A stretch of DNA of 64,000 nucleotides from contig OZ241841.1 in the NCBI GenBank assembly GCA_965202665.1, positions 2,080,001 through 2,144,000 on the forward strand. The letters are read 5' to 3'. The stretch is from Candidatus Spongiisociaceae bacterium (GTDB lineage Bacteria > Actinomycetota > Acidimicrobiia > Spongiisociales > Spongiisociaceae). Below, in pieces: positions 30,670 to 40,860 of this stretch (positions within the stretch are counted from its first letter, which is position 1; every line of letters starts with the position of its first letter). Position numbers and translations under genes: made by a program. The notes beneath the pieces were generated by a model, which made no database searches, was not told the DNA's origin, and was given only the letters and a program-made list of their open reading frames with translations.

Positions 30670-31719
30670 CTAGGGGAGGCGGGCGGTGCGGACGGGGCGG
30701 GGGAGTCGGCCGGGGTTTATTTCCAGGCCGATGCCGGGGGCGGCGGGGGCGGTCATTTTGCCTCCGGTCTGGCGCAGTCCCTCCGGGACGGCGTCTTCTT
30801 GTAGAAACCAGCGGGCGGGGATCAGGTCGACGGCCGCCACCGAAGGCAACATGGCCAAGGCCAGGGCGTGGGCCCGTCCCACCGAAGTTTCCAGCAGGCC
30901 CCCGATTTTCACCCCCGTCCCGGCCGCCTCCGCCGCCCCCGCCGCCCGCAAAGTCCCCGCCACGCCCAGCAGGCCCGGTTTCAGGGACACCAGATCGGCG
31001 TATCCGCCCTGCGCCGCCCGCATCGCCCCCGGCAACGTGTGGGCGGATTCGTCCAGGCAGACCGGGGTGTCCAGTCGGGCCCTCAAGCGGGCGCAACCTT
31101 TTAGGTCGGCGGCGGGCAAGGGTTGCTCCACGTAAGCCAGCCCCGCCTCGTCCGCCACCGCCCACAACGGGTCGTCCTCCCGGTAAGCCCCGTTGCCGTC
31201 GGCCGCCGCCTCCAAATTGGGGAACCGGTCCCGGATTTCCCGCAGATGGGCCATGTCCGCCCCGGGGGCGATTTTGACTTTGACCGACCCGGCCCCCGCC
31301 CGCACCGCCTCCCGCACCCGGGCGCAGGTTTCCCCGGGCGAATCTTCCAATCCGATGGCCGCGCAGGACGTAACCTCCCGAGGGGTTCCCCCCAGCATCT
31401 CCCACAACGGAACCCCCTCCAACCGGGCCCGCAAATCCCAGGCGGCCTGGTCTACCGCCGCCGCCGCGGTAGGGGGCAGCCCGTTGGGGGAACCGGCCAG
31501 GATGGTGGGCGACCGGTGGAGGAGGGCGTTCCACACCTGGCCGACATTCTCCCGGGACGCTCCCGGGTAGGGGGCCGCCTCCCCCCAGCCGACCGCCCCG
31601 TCCCGCTCCAAGCCGACCAAAACCGCATCCCGTTCGGCCACCGTCCCCAGCCCGCCCGCGAACGGCCGCCGCAGGGGGAGTCGCAGCTGCGCGAGCAACA
31701 ACGCTGAAACCTCCATCAC
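30670..31719 (-). CDS. o-succinylbenzoate synthase-like enolase-superfamily enzyme
   Basis: GWGEA, KVKI, DGNG, EQP, DES, SLKPG, GGLLETSVG. Confidence 0.8.
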   Translation of the reverse strand: MMEVSALLLAQLRLPLRRPFAGGLGTVAERDAVLVGLERDGAVGWGEAAPYPGASRENVGQVWNALLHRSPTILAGSPNGLPPTAAAAVDQAAWDLRARLEGVPLWEMLGGTPREVTSCAAIGLEDSPGETCARVREAVRAGAGSVKVKIAPGADMAHLREIRDRFPNLEAAADGNGAYREDDPLWAVADEAGLAYVEQPLPAADLKGCARLRARLDTPVCLDESAHTLPGAMRAAQGGYADLVSLKPGLLGVAGTLRAAGAAEAAGTGVKIGGLLETSVGRAHALALAMLPSVAAVDLIPARWFLQEDAVPEGLRQTGGKMTAPAAPGIGLEINPGRLPRPVRTARLP

Positions 31720-31801
31720 CGGTCAGCGTACCCGCCCGCTTCGAACTAAGGCGGCCGCCCCGCTATCCTCATAACGGTTGCGACCCCGGCGAGGAGGACA
31801 T

Positions 31802-33004
31802 ATGGCGGAACGGATAACGATGGGCGACCCGGTACTGCAGGTGCCGGATCACCCGATTATTCCGTTTATCGAAGGAGACGGCATCGGCCCCGACATCTGG
31901 GCGGCGGCGGTGCGGGTGTTCGACCATGCCGTTCACAAGGCCTACGGGGGGGCCCGCCGTATCCACTGGAAGCAGGTGCTGGCGGGGGAGGCGGCCCACA
32001 ACAACACCGGGGAGTGGCTGCCGGAGGAGACGGTGGAGGCCATCCGCTCCCATCTGGTGGCCATCAAAGGCCCGCTTACCACCCCGGTGGGAGGCGGCAT
32101 CCGCTCCCTGAACGTGGCCCTGCGCCAAATCCTGGATTTGTACGTGTGCCTGCGCCCGGTGCGGTGGTACAAAGGGGTTCCGTCCCCGGTGCGCCAACCG
32201 CATCTGGTGGACATGGTCATTTTCCGGGAAAACACCGAAGACGTGTACGCGGGGCGGGAAGCGGAGATGGGTTCCGGCAAGGCCGAGCTCCTGCTTAATT
32301 ACCTGCGCGACATCTGCAAATGGAACATCCGCCCCGACTCGGGGATCGGGATCAAACCCATTTCCGAAACCGGCTCCAAGCGCCTGGTGCGGGCGGCCCT
32401 CAAGTTCGCCGCGGACCACGGGCGGCGGTCGGTCACCCTGGTGCACAAAGGCAACATTATGAAGTTCACCGAAGGGGCCTTTCGCAATTGGGGCTACGAG
32501 GTGGCTCGGAAAGAGTTCCCCGAACAGGTGGTCGCCTGGGAGGACTGCGGGGGCGATCCGGGCGGCAAGATTCTGGTGCAGGACGTGATCGCCGACGCCA
32601 TGTTGCAGCAGGTGCTGACCCGTCCCGCCGACTACGACGTCATCGCCACCACCAACCTGAACGGGGATTACCTGTCGGATGCGGTGGCCGCCCAGGTGGG
32701 GGGGATCGGCATCGCCCCGGGGGGCAACATCAACTTCGACACCGGCCACGCCCTGTTCGAAGCCACGCACGGCACCGCCCCCAAATACGCCGGGCAGGAC
32801 AAGGTGAACCCCGGTTCGGTGATTCTGTCCGGGGCGAACATGTTCCGCTACATGCGCTGGCGGGAAGCGGCTGACCTGATAGAGCGGTCCCTGGAGGCGG
32901 CCATCGCCGACCGCATCGTCACCTACGACTTCGCCCGCCTGATGGACGGCGCCCGCGAAGTCAAAACCTCCCAGTTCGCCGACGCCATGATCGAACGGAT
33001 GTAA
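31802..33004 (+). CDS. icd: Isocitrate dehydrogenase (NADP)
   Basis: [53 protein letters not shown]; GGAGG RBS before ATG 31802. Confidence 0.97.
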   Translation: MAERITMGDPVLQVPDHPIIPFIEGDGIGPDIWAAAVRVFDHAVHKAYGGARRIHWKQVLAGEAAHNNTGEWLPEETVEAIRSHLVAIKGPLTTPVGGGIRSLNVALRQILDLYVCLRPVRWYKGVPSPVRQPHLVDMVIFRENTEDVYAGREAEMGSGKAELLLNYLRDICKWNIRPDSGIGIKPISETGSKRLVRAALKFAADHGRRSVTLVHKGNIMKFTEGAFRNWGYEVARKEFPEQVVAWEDCGGDPGGKILVQDVIADAMLQQVLTRPADYDVIATTNLNGDYLSDAVAAQVGGIGIAPGGNINFDTGHALFEATHGTAPKYAGQDKVNPGSVILSGANMFRYMRWREAADLIERSLEAAIADRIVTYDFARLMDGAREVKTSQFADAMIERM

Positions 33005-33093
33005 GGCGGTTTTGAGCGGACGGCCAATCGCCGGTTCGGGGCGGCTAGATTGGGGACCATCCAAACGACAAACGACAAGGGAGTTGAACGACC

Positions 33094-34044
33094 ATGGGTG
33101 AAAACGGGATTCGCAAGATAACGGTGGTGGGGGCGGGCCACTACGGATCCACCACCACCCAGTTGCTGGCCAGTTGGGATATCGTGGACGAAGTGGTGAT
33201 GGTGGACATCGTGGAGGGCCTGCCGCAGGGACTGGCCTTGGATTTGAACCAGTCGCGGGTGGTGGAAGGGCACCGCACCCGGGTGGTGGGGGCCAACGAC
33301 TACGCCGCCACCGCCGGGAGCGAATTGGCGGTGATCACCGCCGGCCTCCCCCGCCGCCCCGGTATGACCCGCATGGATCTGCTGGGGGTGAACGCCAAAA
33401 TCGTCCGGCAGGTGACCGAGAACCTGATGGAGCATTCCCCGGCTTCGGCCATCATCGTGGTCACCAACCCGTTGGATCAGATGACTTTTTTGGCGGCCGA
33501 GGTGAGCGGGCTTCCCCAGCGCAAGGTGATGGGGCAGGCGGGCATCCTGGACACTTCCCGGTTCGTTCATTTCATCGCCGAACGGCTGGGGGCGGACATC
33601 AGGTCGGTGAAAGCCCTCACCTTGGGCAGCCATGGGGAGACGATGGTGCCCGTTCCCTCCCAGTGTTTCGTGGACGGCCGGCCCCTGACGGAGGCGCTGC
33701 CCCCGGAGGAGATCGCCGACATCGTGAATCGCACCCGGGAAGGGGGGGCGGAGATCGTGGCCCTGCTGAAAACCGGGGGGGCCTATTACGCCCCGTCTTC
33801 GGCGGCGGCGGTGATGGCCCGGGCAGTGGTGCGGGACGAGCAGGAGGTGTGGCCGGTGTGCGCCTGGGTGGAAGGGCAGTACGGGATCGACGGCGTTTAC
33901 CTGGGCGTGCCCGCCCGCCTCGGCGCCGCCGGAGTGGAGGAGGTGGTGGAGTTGCCGTTGGCCGAGGAGGAAATGGCCGAACTGCACGAGGCCGCCCAAG
34001 CCGTCCGGGACAAGGTGGCCCAGATGAAAGAACTCCTCGGCTGA
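33094..34044 (+). CDS. mdh: Malate dehydrogenase (LDH-like)
   Basis: VVGAG..G, TAGLPRRPGMTRMDL, VTNPLD, LDTSRF, GSHGETM. Confidence 0.95.
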   Translation: MGENGIRKITVVGAGHYGSTTTQLLASWDIVDEVVMVDIVEGLPQGLALDLNQSRVVEGHRTRVVGANDYAATAGSELAVITAGLPRRPGMTRMDLLGVNAKIVRQVTENLMEHSPASAIIVVTNPLDQMTFLAAEVSGLPQRKVMGQAGILDTSRFVHFIAERLGADIRSVKALTLGSHGETMVPVPSQCFVDGRPLTEALPPEEIADIVNRTREGGAEIVALLKTGGAYYAPSSAAAVMARAVVRDEQEVWPVCAWVEGQYGIDGVYLGVPARLGAAGVEEVVELPLAEEEMAELHEAAQAVRDKVAQMKELLG

Positions 34045-34164
34045 CCGCCCGCCGGGGAGCGTTCCGCGGACGGGTATTTTTTCGCAAACGGAAATACGCA
34101 CCGGATAAGCTTTCCCGCTATACTGGCGGGACTGTAAAACACTATGAAAGGGAGGTTGTCCCTC

Positions 34165-34440
34165 ATGAACAAAGGAGAGCTGGCGGAAGCGGTAGCAGCC
34201 GTCACCGAGTTTAACCGGGCGCAGGCCGGGCGGGCGGTGGACGCCGTTTTGGGCGTCATAAAGGACGAGCTGGCGCGCGGCGGCAAAGTGTCGCTGGTCG
34301 GTTTCGGCAACTTCGAGGTGCGCCACCGTCAAGCCCGCATGGGCCGCAACCCGCAAACCGGCGAGGCGGTGGCCATCGCGGCCAGCAAAGCCCCCGCCTT
34401 CAAACCGGCCAAGCCGCTTAAGGAGGCGGTCAACAACTAA
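34165..34440 (+). CDS. hup: DNA-binding protein HU
   Basis: MNKGEL...GFGNF...RMGRNPQTGE...PAFKP; GGAGG RBS. Confidence 0.95.
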   Translation: MNKGELAEAVAAVTEFNRAQAGRAVDAVLGVIKDELARGGKVSLVGFGNFEVRHRQARMGRNPQTGEAVAIAASKAPAFKPAKPLKEAVNN

Positions 34441-34457
34441 CCGTTGCTGGGTTGGGT

Positions 34458-34497
34458 GAAAGCGGGCGTTCCCGGCGGGGCGCCCGTTTTCGTTTTT
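34458..34497 (+). terminator. Intrinsic terminator after HU
   Basis: GAAAGCGGGCG...CGCCCGTTTTC hairpin followed by T run. Confidence 0.6.
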
Positions 34498-34519
34498 CGC
34501 CCCGGCTCCGGCCGGGGGG

Positions 34520-34906
34520 TCAGTATTCCACGCTGAGGGAAGACACCGCTTCGGCCAGCCGCATCACCGCGTTGCGGTCTTTGATCAGTTTGGCCAAGTT
34601 TCCCGCCACGTCGATTTTGCCCGAAAAGTAGGCTTGTTGAATGTTCAACTCCCCTTTGGAGATGGCGGCGGCGGTGTCGTAGTCGCACACCAAGGTAACA
34701 TCGGCGTCCGCCTGTTTGCCCAAAGACAACTCGGCCCGCCCCCCTTCCACCAGAATGTAGTAGGACACCGCCCCCTCCTCCGTTTCCGTGACCGAAAACT
34801 GAATGAGCAGGTCCGCCCCGGCCAGGGCCTCGCCCAGTTCGGGGTCGGACTCGAAGGCGGCGGTGGCGTTCAAAGCCCATTCTTCGCTCAGAAACCGGAC
34901 GGCCAT
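34520..34906 (-). CDS. SCP2 sterol-binding domain protein
   Basis: FLSEEW, ADVTL, GELN...AYFSGKI.V.GN. Confidence 0.85.
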   Translation of the reverse strand: MAVRFLSEEWALNATAAFESDPELGEALAGADLLIQFSVTETEEGAVSYYILVEGGRAELSLGKQADADVTLVCDYDTAAAISKGELNIQQAYFSGKIDVAGNLAKLIKDRNAVMRLAEAVSSLSVEY

Positions 34907-34929
34907 AACCGAAGACTACCCTCCCCGCC

Positions 34930-35691
34930 CTACCGCCGATCGGCCAGTTTGCGGTTGCGGATTTTGGCCGACAGGTAGTCGCGGTTCATCAGGGCGATGT
35001 TGTCCAAGGAGATTTCCTTGGGGCAGGCTTGTTCGCATTCCCCGTGGTTGGTGCACGAACCGAAAAACTCCTCCATTTTTTCCACCATCGCCTCCACCCG
35101 CTCCCACCGCTCCGGACGGCCCTGGGGGAGCAGGTTGAGATGGGCCACTTTGGCGGCGGTGAACAGCTGGGCGGCCCCGTTGGGGCAGGCGGCCACGCAG
35201 GCCGCGCACCCGATGCAGGCCGCGGCGTCCATGGCCGCGTCGGAGGAGGCTTTCGGAACGGGGATCATGTTGGCTTCCGGTGCGGAACCGGCCGCCACTG
35301 AAATGTACCCGCCCGCTTCGATTATCCGATCGAAGGCGGTGCGGTCCACCACCAGATCCCGGATGACGGGCAGGGAAGCGGCCCGCCACGGCTCCACCAC
35401 CACGACGTCCCTGTCTCGGAATTGGCGCATATGCAACTGGCAGGTGGCGGTCCCGCTCTGGGGGCCGTGCGCCCGCCCGTCGATCATCATCCCGCAGGAA
35501 CCGCAGATGCCCTCCCGGCAGTCGTGGTCGAAGGCGATCGGCTCCCGCCCGGCTTCGGTCAGCCGTTCGTTTACCACGTCCAGCATTTCCAGAAACGACA
35601 TGTCGGGGCTGACATCCGGGGCCGGATAGGTCTCAAACCGCCCTTCCGCCTCCGGTCCGGCCTGCCTCCAGATTCGCAATGTAAGTTCCAT
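34930..35691 (-). CDS. sdhB: Succinate dehydrogenase/fumarate reductase Fe-S subunit
   Basis: [33 protein letters not shown]. Confidence 0.95.
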   Translation of the reverse strand: MELTLRIWRQAGPEAEGRFETYPAPDVSPDMSFLEMLDVVNERLTEAGREPIAFDHDCREGICGSCGMMIDGRAHGPQSGTATCQLHMRQFRDRDVVVVEPWRAASLPVIRDLVVDRTAFDRIIEAGGYISVAAGSAPEANMIPVPKASSDAAMDAAACIGCAACVAACPNGAAQLFTAAKVAHLNLLPQGRPERWERVEAMVEKMEEFFGSCTNHGECEQACPKEISLDNIALMNRDYLSAKIRNRKLADRR

Positions 35692-35698
35692 GGCCTCC

Positions 35699-37633
35699 CT
35701 ACTTGTAACTGCGTTGGCTGGGCGGGACGTATTCGAAGGTCAGCGGTTCTTTGCGCAGAATCGGCTCGCCCCCGTCCGCCCACTCCCAGGCCCCCGCGTA
35801 GGCGAAGTTGTCATCGTCCCGCAGGGCTTCGCCGTCTTCGGTTTGATGCTCCACCCGGAAGTGGCCGCCGCAGGATTCCTCCCGGTGCAGGGCGTCGCGG
35901 CACATCAACTCCGCCAACTCGAAGAAGTCGTCCACCCGCCCCGCCCGCTCCAGGGACTGATTGAGGGTTTCCGCCTCCCCGGGCACCCGCAGATCGGAGT
36001 CGAATTCGGCCCGCAACGCCCCGATTTCGGAGATGGCTTTTTCCAGCCCGGCGGCGCTGCGTTCCATCCCGCAGTTGTCCCACATTATTTTCCCCAGCCG
36101 GCGGTGGAACCAGTCAGCCGAGCGGGAGCCGCCCGTTCCCAGCAGCCGTTTCACCCTGTCCTCCACCCGCCTTTTGGCTTCGGCGAACGCCGGGTCGTCC
36201 TCCGGCGTGGAATCTTCGCCCAGCAGCCCGGCCAGATAGTCGCCGATGGTGTAGGGGAGGATGAAGTAGCCGTCGGCCAAGCCCTGCATGAGGGCGGAGG
36301 CCCCCAGGCGGTTGGCCCCATGGTCGGAGAAGTTGGCTTCGCCCAGGCAGTACAGGCCGGGGATGGAAGTCATCAGGTTGTAGTCCACCCACAGTCCGCC
36401 CATCGTGTAATGCACCGCCGGGTAGATGCGCATGGGAACCGAGTAGGGGTCCTCCCCGGTGATCCGCTCGTACATTTCCAGCAGATTCCCGTACCGCTCC
36501 CGGATGGCGTCGCCCCCCAAGCGGGCGATGGCGTCGGAGAAATCCAGATACACCCCGTTGCGCAACGGCCCCACCCCTTTCATCCGGTCCACTTCCCGCT
36601 TGGCGGCCCGCGAGGCCACGTCCCGGGGCACCAGGTTGCCGAAAGCCGGATAGCGCCTTTCCAAGTAGTAGTCCCGCTCCGATTCGGGGATGCCGTCCGG
36701 GGGGCGGTCGTCGCCCGCTTTTTGGGGCACCCAGATGCGCCCGTCGTTGCGCAACGACTCCGACATCAGGGTCAGCTTGGACTGAAACTCGTCGGAGGCG
36801 GGGATGCAGGTGGGGTGGATTTGGGTGTAGGCCGGGTTGGCGAACAGGGCCCCCCGGCGGTGCGCCCGCCAGGCGGCGGTCACATTGCTTTTCATGGCGT
36901 TGGTGGACAGGTAGAAAACGTTGCCGTAGCCGCCGGTGGCCAGCGCCACCGCATGGGCGGAGTGGGCGCGGATTTCCCCGGTGAGCAGATGGCGGGCGAT
37001 GATTCCCGCCGCCCGTCCCTCCTTGGTCACCACGTCCAGCATCTCGGTGTGGTCGTGGAGATGCACCGTCCCCCGGCTCACCTGGCGCATCAGGGACTGG
37101 TAGGCGCCCAGCAGCAACTGCTGTCCGGTCTGGCCGCGGGCGTAGAAGGTGCGGGAAACCTGCGCCCCCCCGAAGGAGCGGTTGGCCAACAGCCCCCCGT
37201 ATTCCCGGGCGAACGGCACCCCCTGGGCGGCGCATTGGTCGATGATGTCCACCGACAGTTGCGCCAGCCGGTACACGTTGCTTTCCCGGGAGCGGTAGTC
37301 GCCCCCTTTCACCGTGTCGTAGAACAGGCGGTGGACGGAGTCGCCGTCGTTGGGGTAGTTTTTGGCGGCGTTGATGCCCCCCTGGGCGGCGATGGAATGG
37401 GCCCGGCGGGGGGAGTCGTGGAAGGTGAAAACCGACACCCGGTATCCCAATTCGCCCAGGGTGGCGGCCGCCGAGGCCCCGGCCAGGCCGGAGCCCACCA
37501 CGATGATGTGGAAACGGCGTTTGTTGGCCGGGTTGACCAAGCGGATGGAATGCTTGTGGCTGTCCCAACGTTCGGCGATCGGCCCGGACGGAATTTTGGC
37601 GTCCGGCGTACCGGCGCCGTTCAGCCCGCTCAC
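35699..37633 (-). CDS. sdhA: Succinate dehydrogenase/fumarate reductase flavoprotein
   Basis: [46 protein letters not shown]; GTG 37633 overlaps sdhC stop. Confidence 0.95.
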   Translation of the reverse strand: MSGLNGAGTPDAKIPSGPIAERWDSHKHSIRLVNPANKRRFHIIVVGSGLAGASAAATLGELGYRVSVFTFHDSPRRAHSIAAQGGINAAKNYPNDGDSVHRLFYDTVKGGDYRSRESNVYRLAQLSVDIIDQCAAQGVPFAREYGGLLANRSFGGAQVSRTFYARGQTGQQLLLGAYQSLMRQVSRGTVHLHDHTEMLDVVTKEGRAAGIIARHLLTGEIRAHSAHAVALATGGYGNVFYLSTNAMKSNVTAAWRAHRRGALFANPAYTQIHPTCIPASDEFQSKLTLMSESLRNDGRIWVPQKAGDDRPPDGIPESERDYYLERRYPAFGNLVPRDVASRAAKREVDRMKGVGPLRNGVYLDFSDAIARLGGDAIRERYGNLLEMYERITGEDPYSVPMRIYPAVHYTMGGLWVDYNLMTSIPGLYCLGEANFSDHGANRLGASALMQGLADGYFILPYTIGDYLAGLLGEDSTPEDDPAFAEAKRRVEDRVKRLLGTGGSRSADWFHRRLGKIMWDNCGMERSAAGLEKAISEIGALRAEFDSDLRVPGEAETLNQSLERAGRVDDFFELAELMCRDALHREESCGGHFRVEHQTEDGEALRDDDNFAYAGAWEWADGGEPILRKEPLTFEYVPPSQRSYK

Positions 37634-38358
37634 CTCACCACTCCGAAGGCGACGCCCAGCGGCACGGCCAGGAACCCGGCCGCCACCACCGCGGAGAACA
37701 GGTTGGCGAAGATGCGCCGGTAGCGGTTGAACCGGGGGTTGTGCACCCCCAGGCTTTGAAACAGGCTCCACGCCCCATGCCAGACATGGAAGGCCAAGGC
37801 TGCTTGAGCGGCCACGTAGAACAACCACACCGGCCAGCGGGACAGGCTGGCCACCAAATTCTCATACACCGCCCCCCGTTGGAAATCGGGGTTGACCGCC
37901 TCCACCCCGATGGTGAAATCGGCCAGGTGCCAGAGCAGGAACAGCAGGACGATTATCCCGCTCCATCGCATGGTGCGGCTGGCGTAGTTGGCGGCCAAAT
38001 AGTTGCGGGGGGACTGGTATTTGACGGGGCGGGCCGCCCGGTTGCTGCGGGTCAGGGCCCAGGCGGCGTGGATGTGCACCAGGGCGGCGGCCGCCAACGG
38101 GATGCGGATGGCCCACAGGGCCAGGGTGCGGGGCAGCAGGGGCTGGCCGATGTCCCGCAGGGCCTCCCCGTATTCGTCGATTCGGTACGTTCCGTCGTGA
38201 GCCCCTTCGAATACGTGCAGGTTGCCCACCATGTGAACGAAAACGAATATGAGCAGGATCACCCCGCTGACCGCCATGGCGTATTTCTTGCCGGTGTCGG
38301 TGCGGTAGAGGCCGATGATCCAGGGCAGGTTGCGGGTTCGTTTTTCGACGTCGGTCAT
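37630..38358 (-). CDS. sdhC: Succinate dehydrogenase cytochrome b subunit
   Basis: [35 protein letters not shown]; heme His residues in TM helices. Confidence 0.93.
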   Translation of the reverse strand: MTDVEKRTRNLPWIIGLYRTDTGKKYAMAVSGVILLIFVFVHMVGNLHVFEGAHDGTYRIDEYGEALRDIGQPLLPRTLALWAIRIPLAAAALVHIHAAWALTRSNRAARPVKYQSPRNYLAANYASRTMRWSGIIVLLFLLWHLADFTIGVEAVNPDFQRGAVYENLVASLSRWPVWLFYVAAQAALAFHVWHGAWSLFQSLGVHNPRFNRYRRIFANLFSAVVAAGFLAVPLGVAFGVVR

Positions 38359-38397
38359 TTCCCTCCCATTTTAGCCCCTCAGGCCGGACGCTCCGAT

Positions 38398-38426
38398 TTG
38401 ACAAGTCCAAACGTACGCGCCAATAT
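38398..38426 (+). promoter_or_regulatory. Putative whiB promoter
   Basis: TTGACA 38398-38403, 17-nt spacer, CAATAT 38421-38426. Confidence 0.45.
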
Positions 38427-38467
38427 TACATCGCTGTAGTTACAACCCTGTCGCAAGGAGGGCCGCT

Positions 38468-38749
38468 TTGCCGCTTTCACTGATTGAAGCCTTGTCGTCG
38501 GAGGCTCTCGCTTGGCAGGATTTCGCCAACTGCCGGGGGGCGGATGTGGACATTTTCTTCCCCGACCGGGGGGCGTCCACCCGGGGGGCGAAGGAGATTT
38601 GCGCCGCCTGCCAAGTGCAGTCCGACTGCTTGGATTACGCGGTGACGCGGGGGGAAAAATTCGGCATCTGGGGAGGGCTGTCCGAGCGGGAGCGCCGCAA
38701 GATACGCAAGCAACGGGCGTTGGAGACTCAAGGAATCATCAGCCTGTGA
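38468..38749 (+). CDS. whiB: WhiB family Fe-S transcription regulator (WhiB/WhiB2-like)
   Basis: WQ..ANC...FFP..G...AKEIC..C.V...C...GIWGGLSERERRK; AAGGAGG RBS. Confidence 0.93.
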   Translation: MPLSLIEALSSEALAWQDFANCRGADVDIFFPDRGASTRGAKEICAACQVQSDCLDYAVTRGEKFGIWGGLSERERRKIRKQRALETQGIISL

Positions 38750-38849
38750 CCGGACGGGTTTCCCGGCGCGGCGACGCGGGAGGCCCCGCAGGTTGGTTAT
38801 TTCATCCGGCGGTGGTAGCATCATCCCACGCGCCTAAAGGAGATGTTGC

Positions 38850-39080
38850 ATGGGAAGAATCGGCGGCGGTGAGATCGCCATCATCCTGGTAGTGCTAGTA
38901 TTGCTGTTCGGGGCCAAAAAGCTCCCCGAGCTGGCCCGCTCGCTGGGCACCTCGGCCCGCGAGTTCCGCAAAGGCACCGAGGAGGGCCGCAAGCAGGAGG
39001 AGGCGGCGGCCAAGTCCGAGACGGCGCCCGCTCCCGCCGAAGAGGCCAAACCCTCCCCCGAAACAACCACCACCACCTAA
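38850..39080 (+). CDS. tatA: Twin-arginine translocase TatA
   Basis: GEIAIILVVLVLLFGAKKLPELARSLG...EFRKG; AAGGAG RBS. Confidence 0.95.
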   Translation: MGRIGGGEIAIILVVLVLLFGAKKLPELARSLGTSAREFRKGTEEGRKQEEAAAKSETAPAPAEEAKPSPETTTTT

Positions 39081-39177
39081 CCGTCCCGGCCTGATAGCTC
39101 CGGGCCGCCAGCGGGGTAAAGGGCCCGAGCCGGGTTCAGCCAAGAGTCACCGCCTGCCCTCAGAGCCCCCGCCAGGG

Positions 39178-39202
39178 AATAATGGGCCCTTCGGCCATTA
39201 TT
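39178..39202. terminator. Hairpin between tatA and a convergent small ORF
   Basis: AATAATGG(G)CC-CTTC-GGCCATTATT. Confidence 0.55.
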
Positions 39203-39267
39203 TGATATACGCCGCAAGGGGGCGGGACCGAACTGTTGGACGTCTGCGCTTTGGCGCCATCCAAGAT

Positions 39268-39408
39268 CTACCACCACCAACGTGCTCGGTACTGTCGCTT
39301 CAATCGGCGCATCGCCCGGTTGCGCGTGACGGGTCTCCAGCGATATTTAGCGAGGGTCCTCGCTCGTCGTTGGCGATATTGTTGGCGACGGCGGGCCTTT
39401 TTTCCCAT
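39268..39408 (-). CDS. Putative 46-aa Arg-rich basic peptide (below ORF-track cutoff)
   Basis: Hand-translated MGKKARRRQQYRQRRARTLAKYRWRPVTRNRAMRRLKRQYRARWWW; TG-C-TACCTT 8 nt before ATG; hairpin downstream. Confidence 0.5.
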   Translation of the reverse strand: MGKKARRRQQYRQRRARTLAKYRWRPVTRNRAMRRLKRQYRARWWW

Positions 39409-39491
39409 TTGTTACGAAGGTAGCAGGAACGGACGGCCAAGACCGGCGGAGCTTCTTAGGCAACCGGGTGCGCGTTCCGGGGGGCCGGGAA

Positions 39492-39944
39492 TTAGCTGAG
39501 GGCGGTTACGTAGTCTTCCAAGTTGCGGGGGGTGAGGATGTGGTCGGTGGTGAAAATATCGGTCACCGTCCCCTCCGCGTCCAGTACGTAAGTGGCCCGG
39601 TCGGCTATTCCCAGTTGCTCGTTGAAGCACCCGTAGGCGGAGGCGACCGCCCCATGCGGCCAGAAGTCGCTCAGGATGGGATACTCCAGTCCCTCCAGTT
39701 CCGCCCATTTGCCGTTGCTGAACGGCGTGTCGCAGGTGATGACCGCCACATTGGCGTCCTTCTCCCGCAACCGGGACAGGTTGTTCTGCAGGTCGCACAC
39801 CTCCCCGGTGCACACCCCGGTGAACGGAAACGGGACGAACACCAGAAGCGTCCGCCGTCCCCGCAACGACTCCAGGGTCACCGCCTCCCGGTTGGCGTCG
39901 GGAAGCGAAAAGTCGGGGGCGGGCTTGCCAATCTCAGCGGCCAT
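39492..39944 (-). CDS. Peroxiredoxin (AhpE/BCP-like)
   Basis: APDFSL, FVPFPFTGVCTGEVC, LSDFWPHG, RATYVLD; AAGGAGG RBS before ATG 39944. Confidence 0.92.
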   Translation of the reverse strand: MAAEIGKPAPDFSLPDANREAVTLESLRGRRTLLVFVPFPFTGVCTGEVCDLQNNLSRLREKDANVAVITCDTPFSNGKWAELEGLEYPILSDFWPHGAVASAYGCFNEQLGIADRATYVLDAEGTVTDIFTTDHILTPRNLEDYVTALS

Positions 39945-39963
39945 TGATTCCTCCTTGTCCATT

Positions 39964-40851
39964 TCAGCTGTTGGATGCCGGAACCATTGTAGGGAAACCG
40001 GGCTCAAAGCCGATATGCTCCGGGGCGCAGAAGGCCAGGCGCCGGGCCATCACCTGCGTCGCCTGCGGGTTGTCGTCCACCAGGGTAAACGACCGTCCGC
40101 GGCGGGCGGCCGCTTCCCCGGCGGTTCCGGAACCGGCGAAGAAATCCAGCACCCGATCCCCGGCGCGGCTGTGCACTTTAATGATCCGGTCGAGAACCCC
40201 CAGCGGTTTCTGGGTCGGATACCCGGTGCGTTCCGAGCCGTTGGTGGGGACGATGGTGTGCCACCAGACATCGGTGGGGGTTTTGCCCCGGCGGGCTTTA
40301 TCTTCGGTCACCAGGCCGGGGGCCATGTACGGGATGCGGTCCATTTCCCCGTAGTTGAAGGTGTAGTCGTCCGGGTCGGCCGCGTACCAGAAAATGGAAT
40401 CGTGTTTGGCGGGCCAGCGGTTTTTGGGCCGTCCGCCGTAGTCGTAGGCCCAAATGATCTCGTTCATAAAACATTCCCGTCCGAAAATGGAATCCAGGAG
40501 CACCTTGGCGTAGTGCGCCTCCCGATAGTCGATGTGCAGGAAAAAGGAGCCGTCCCCCCGCAACACCCTCCGCCCTTCCCGCAGGCGCGGTTCGAGAAAC
40601 CCCAGGTAATCGTCGTACCGGTCATCGTAGGAACGCCGCCGGCCCGCCTCCGTGCGGTAAGTGCGGCCCCCGAATCCGGTACGGTCGCCTTCCGCATCGG
40701 CGACGGTTCGCAACCGGGCGTGGCTTTGCGGGCGGCCGGTGTTGAACGGGGGATCGATGTAAACCAGATGGTAGGCGCCGTCCGGGACCCCGGCCAGGAA
40801 CTCCAGGTTGTCGCGGAGGACAATTTGCGAACGGGGCGGCTGGGACGGCAT
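39964..40851 (-). CDS. N4/N6 site-specific DNA methyltransferase (beta class), no adjacent endonuclease
   Basis: YIDPPFNTG (motif IV) before YPTQKP and LDFFAGSGT (motif I). Confidence 0.92.
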   Translation of the reverse strand: MPSQPPRSQIVLRDNLEFLAGVPDGAYHLVYIDPPFNTGRPQSHARLRTVADAEGDRTGFGGRTYRTEAGRRRSYDDRYDDYLGFLEPRLREGRRVLRGDGSFFLHIDYREAHYAKVLLDSIFGRECFMNEIIWAYDYGGRPKNRWPAKHDSIFWYAADPDDYTFNYGEMDRIPYMAPGLVTEDKARRGKTPTDVWWHTIVPTNGSERTGYPTQKPLGVLDRIIKVHSRAGDRVLDFFAGSGTAGEAAARRGRSFTLVDDNPQATQVMARRLAFCAPEHIGFEPGFPTMVPASNS

Positions 40852-40860
40852 CCCCGCCCT

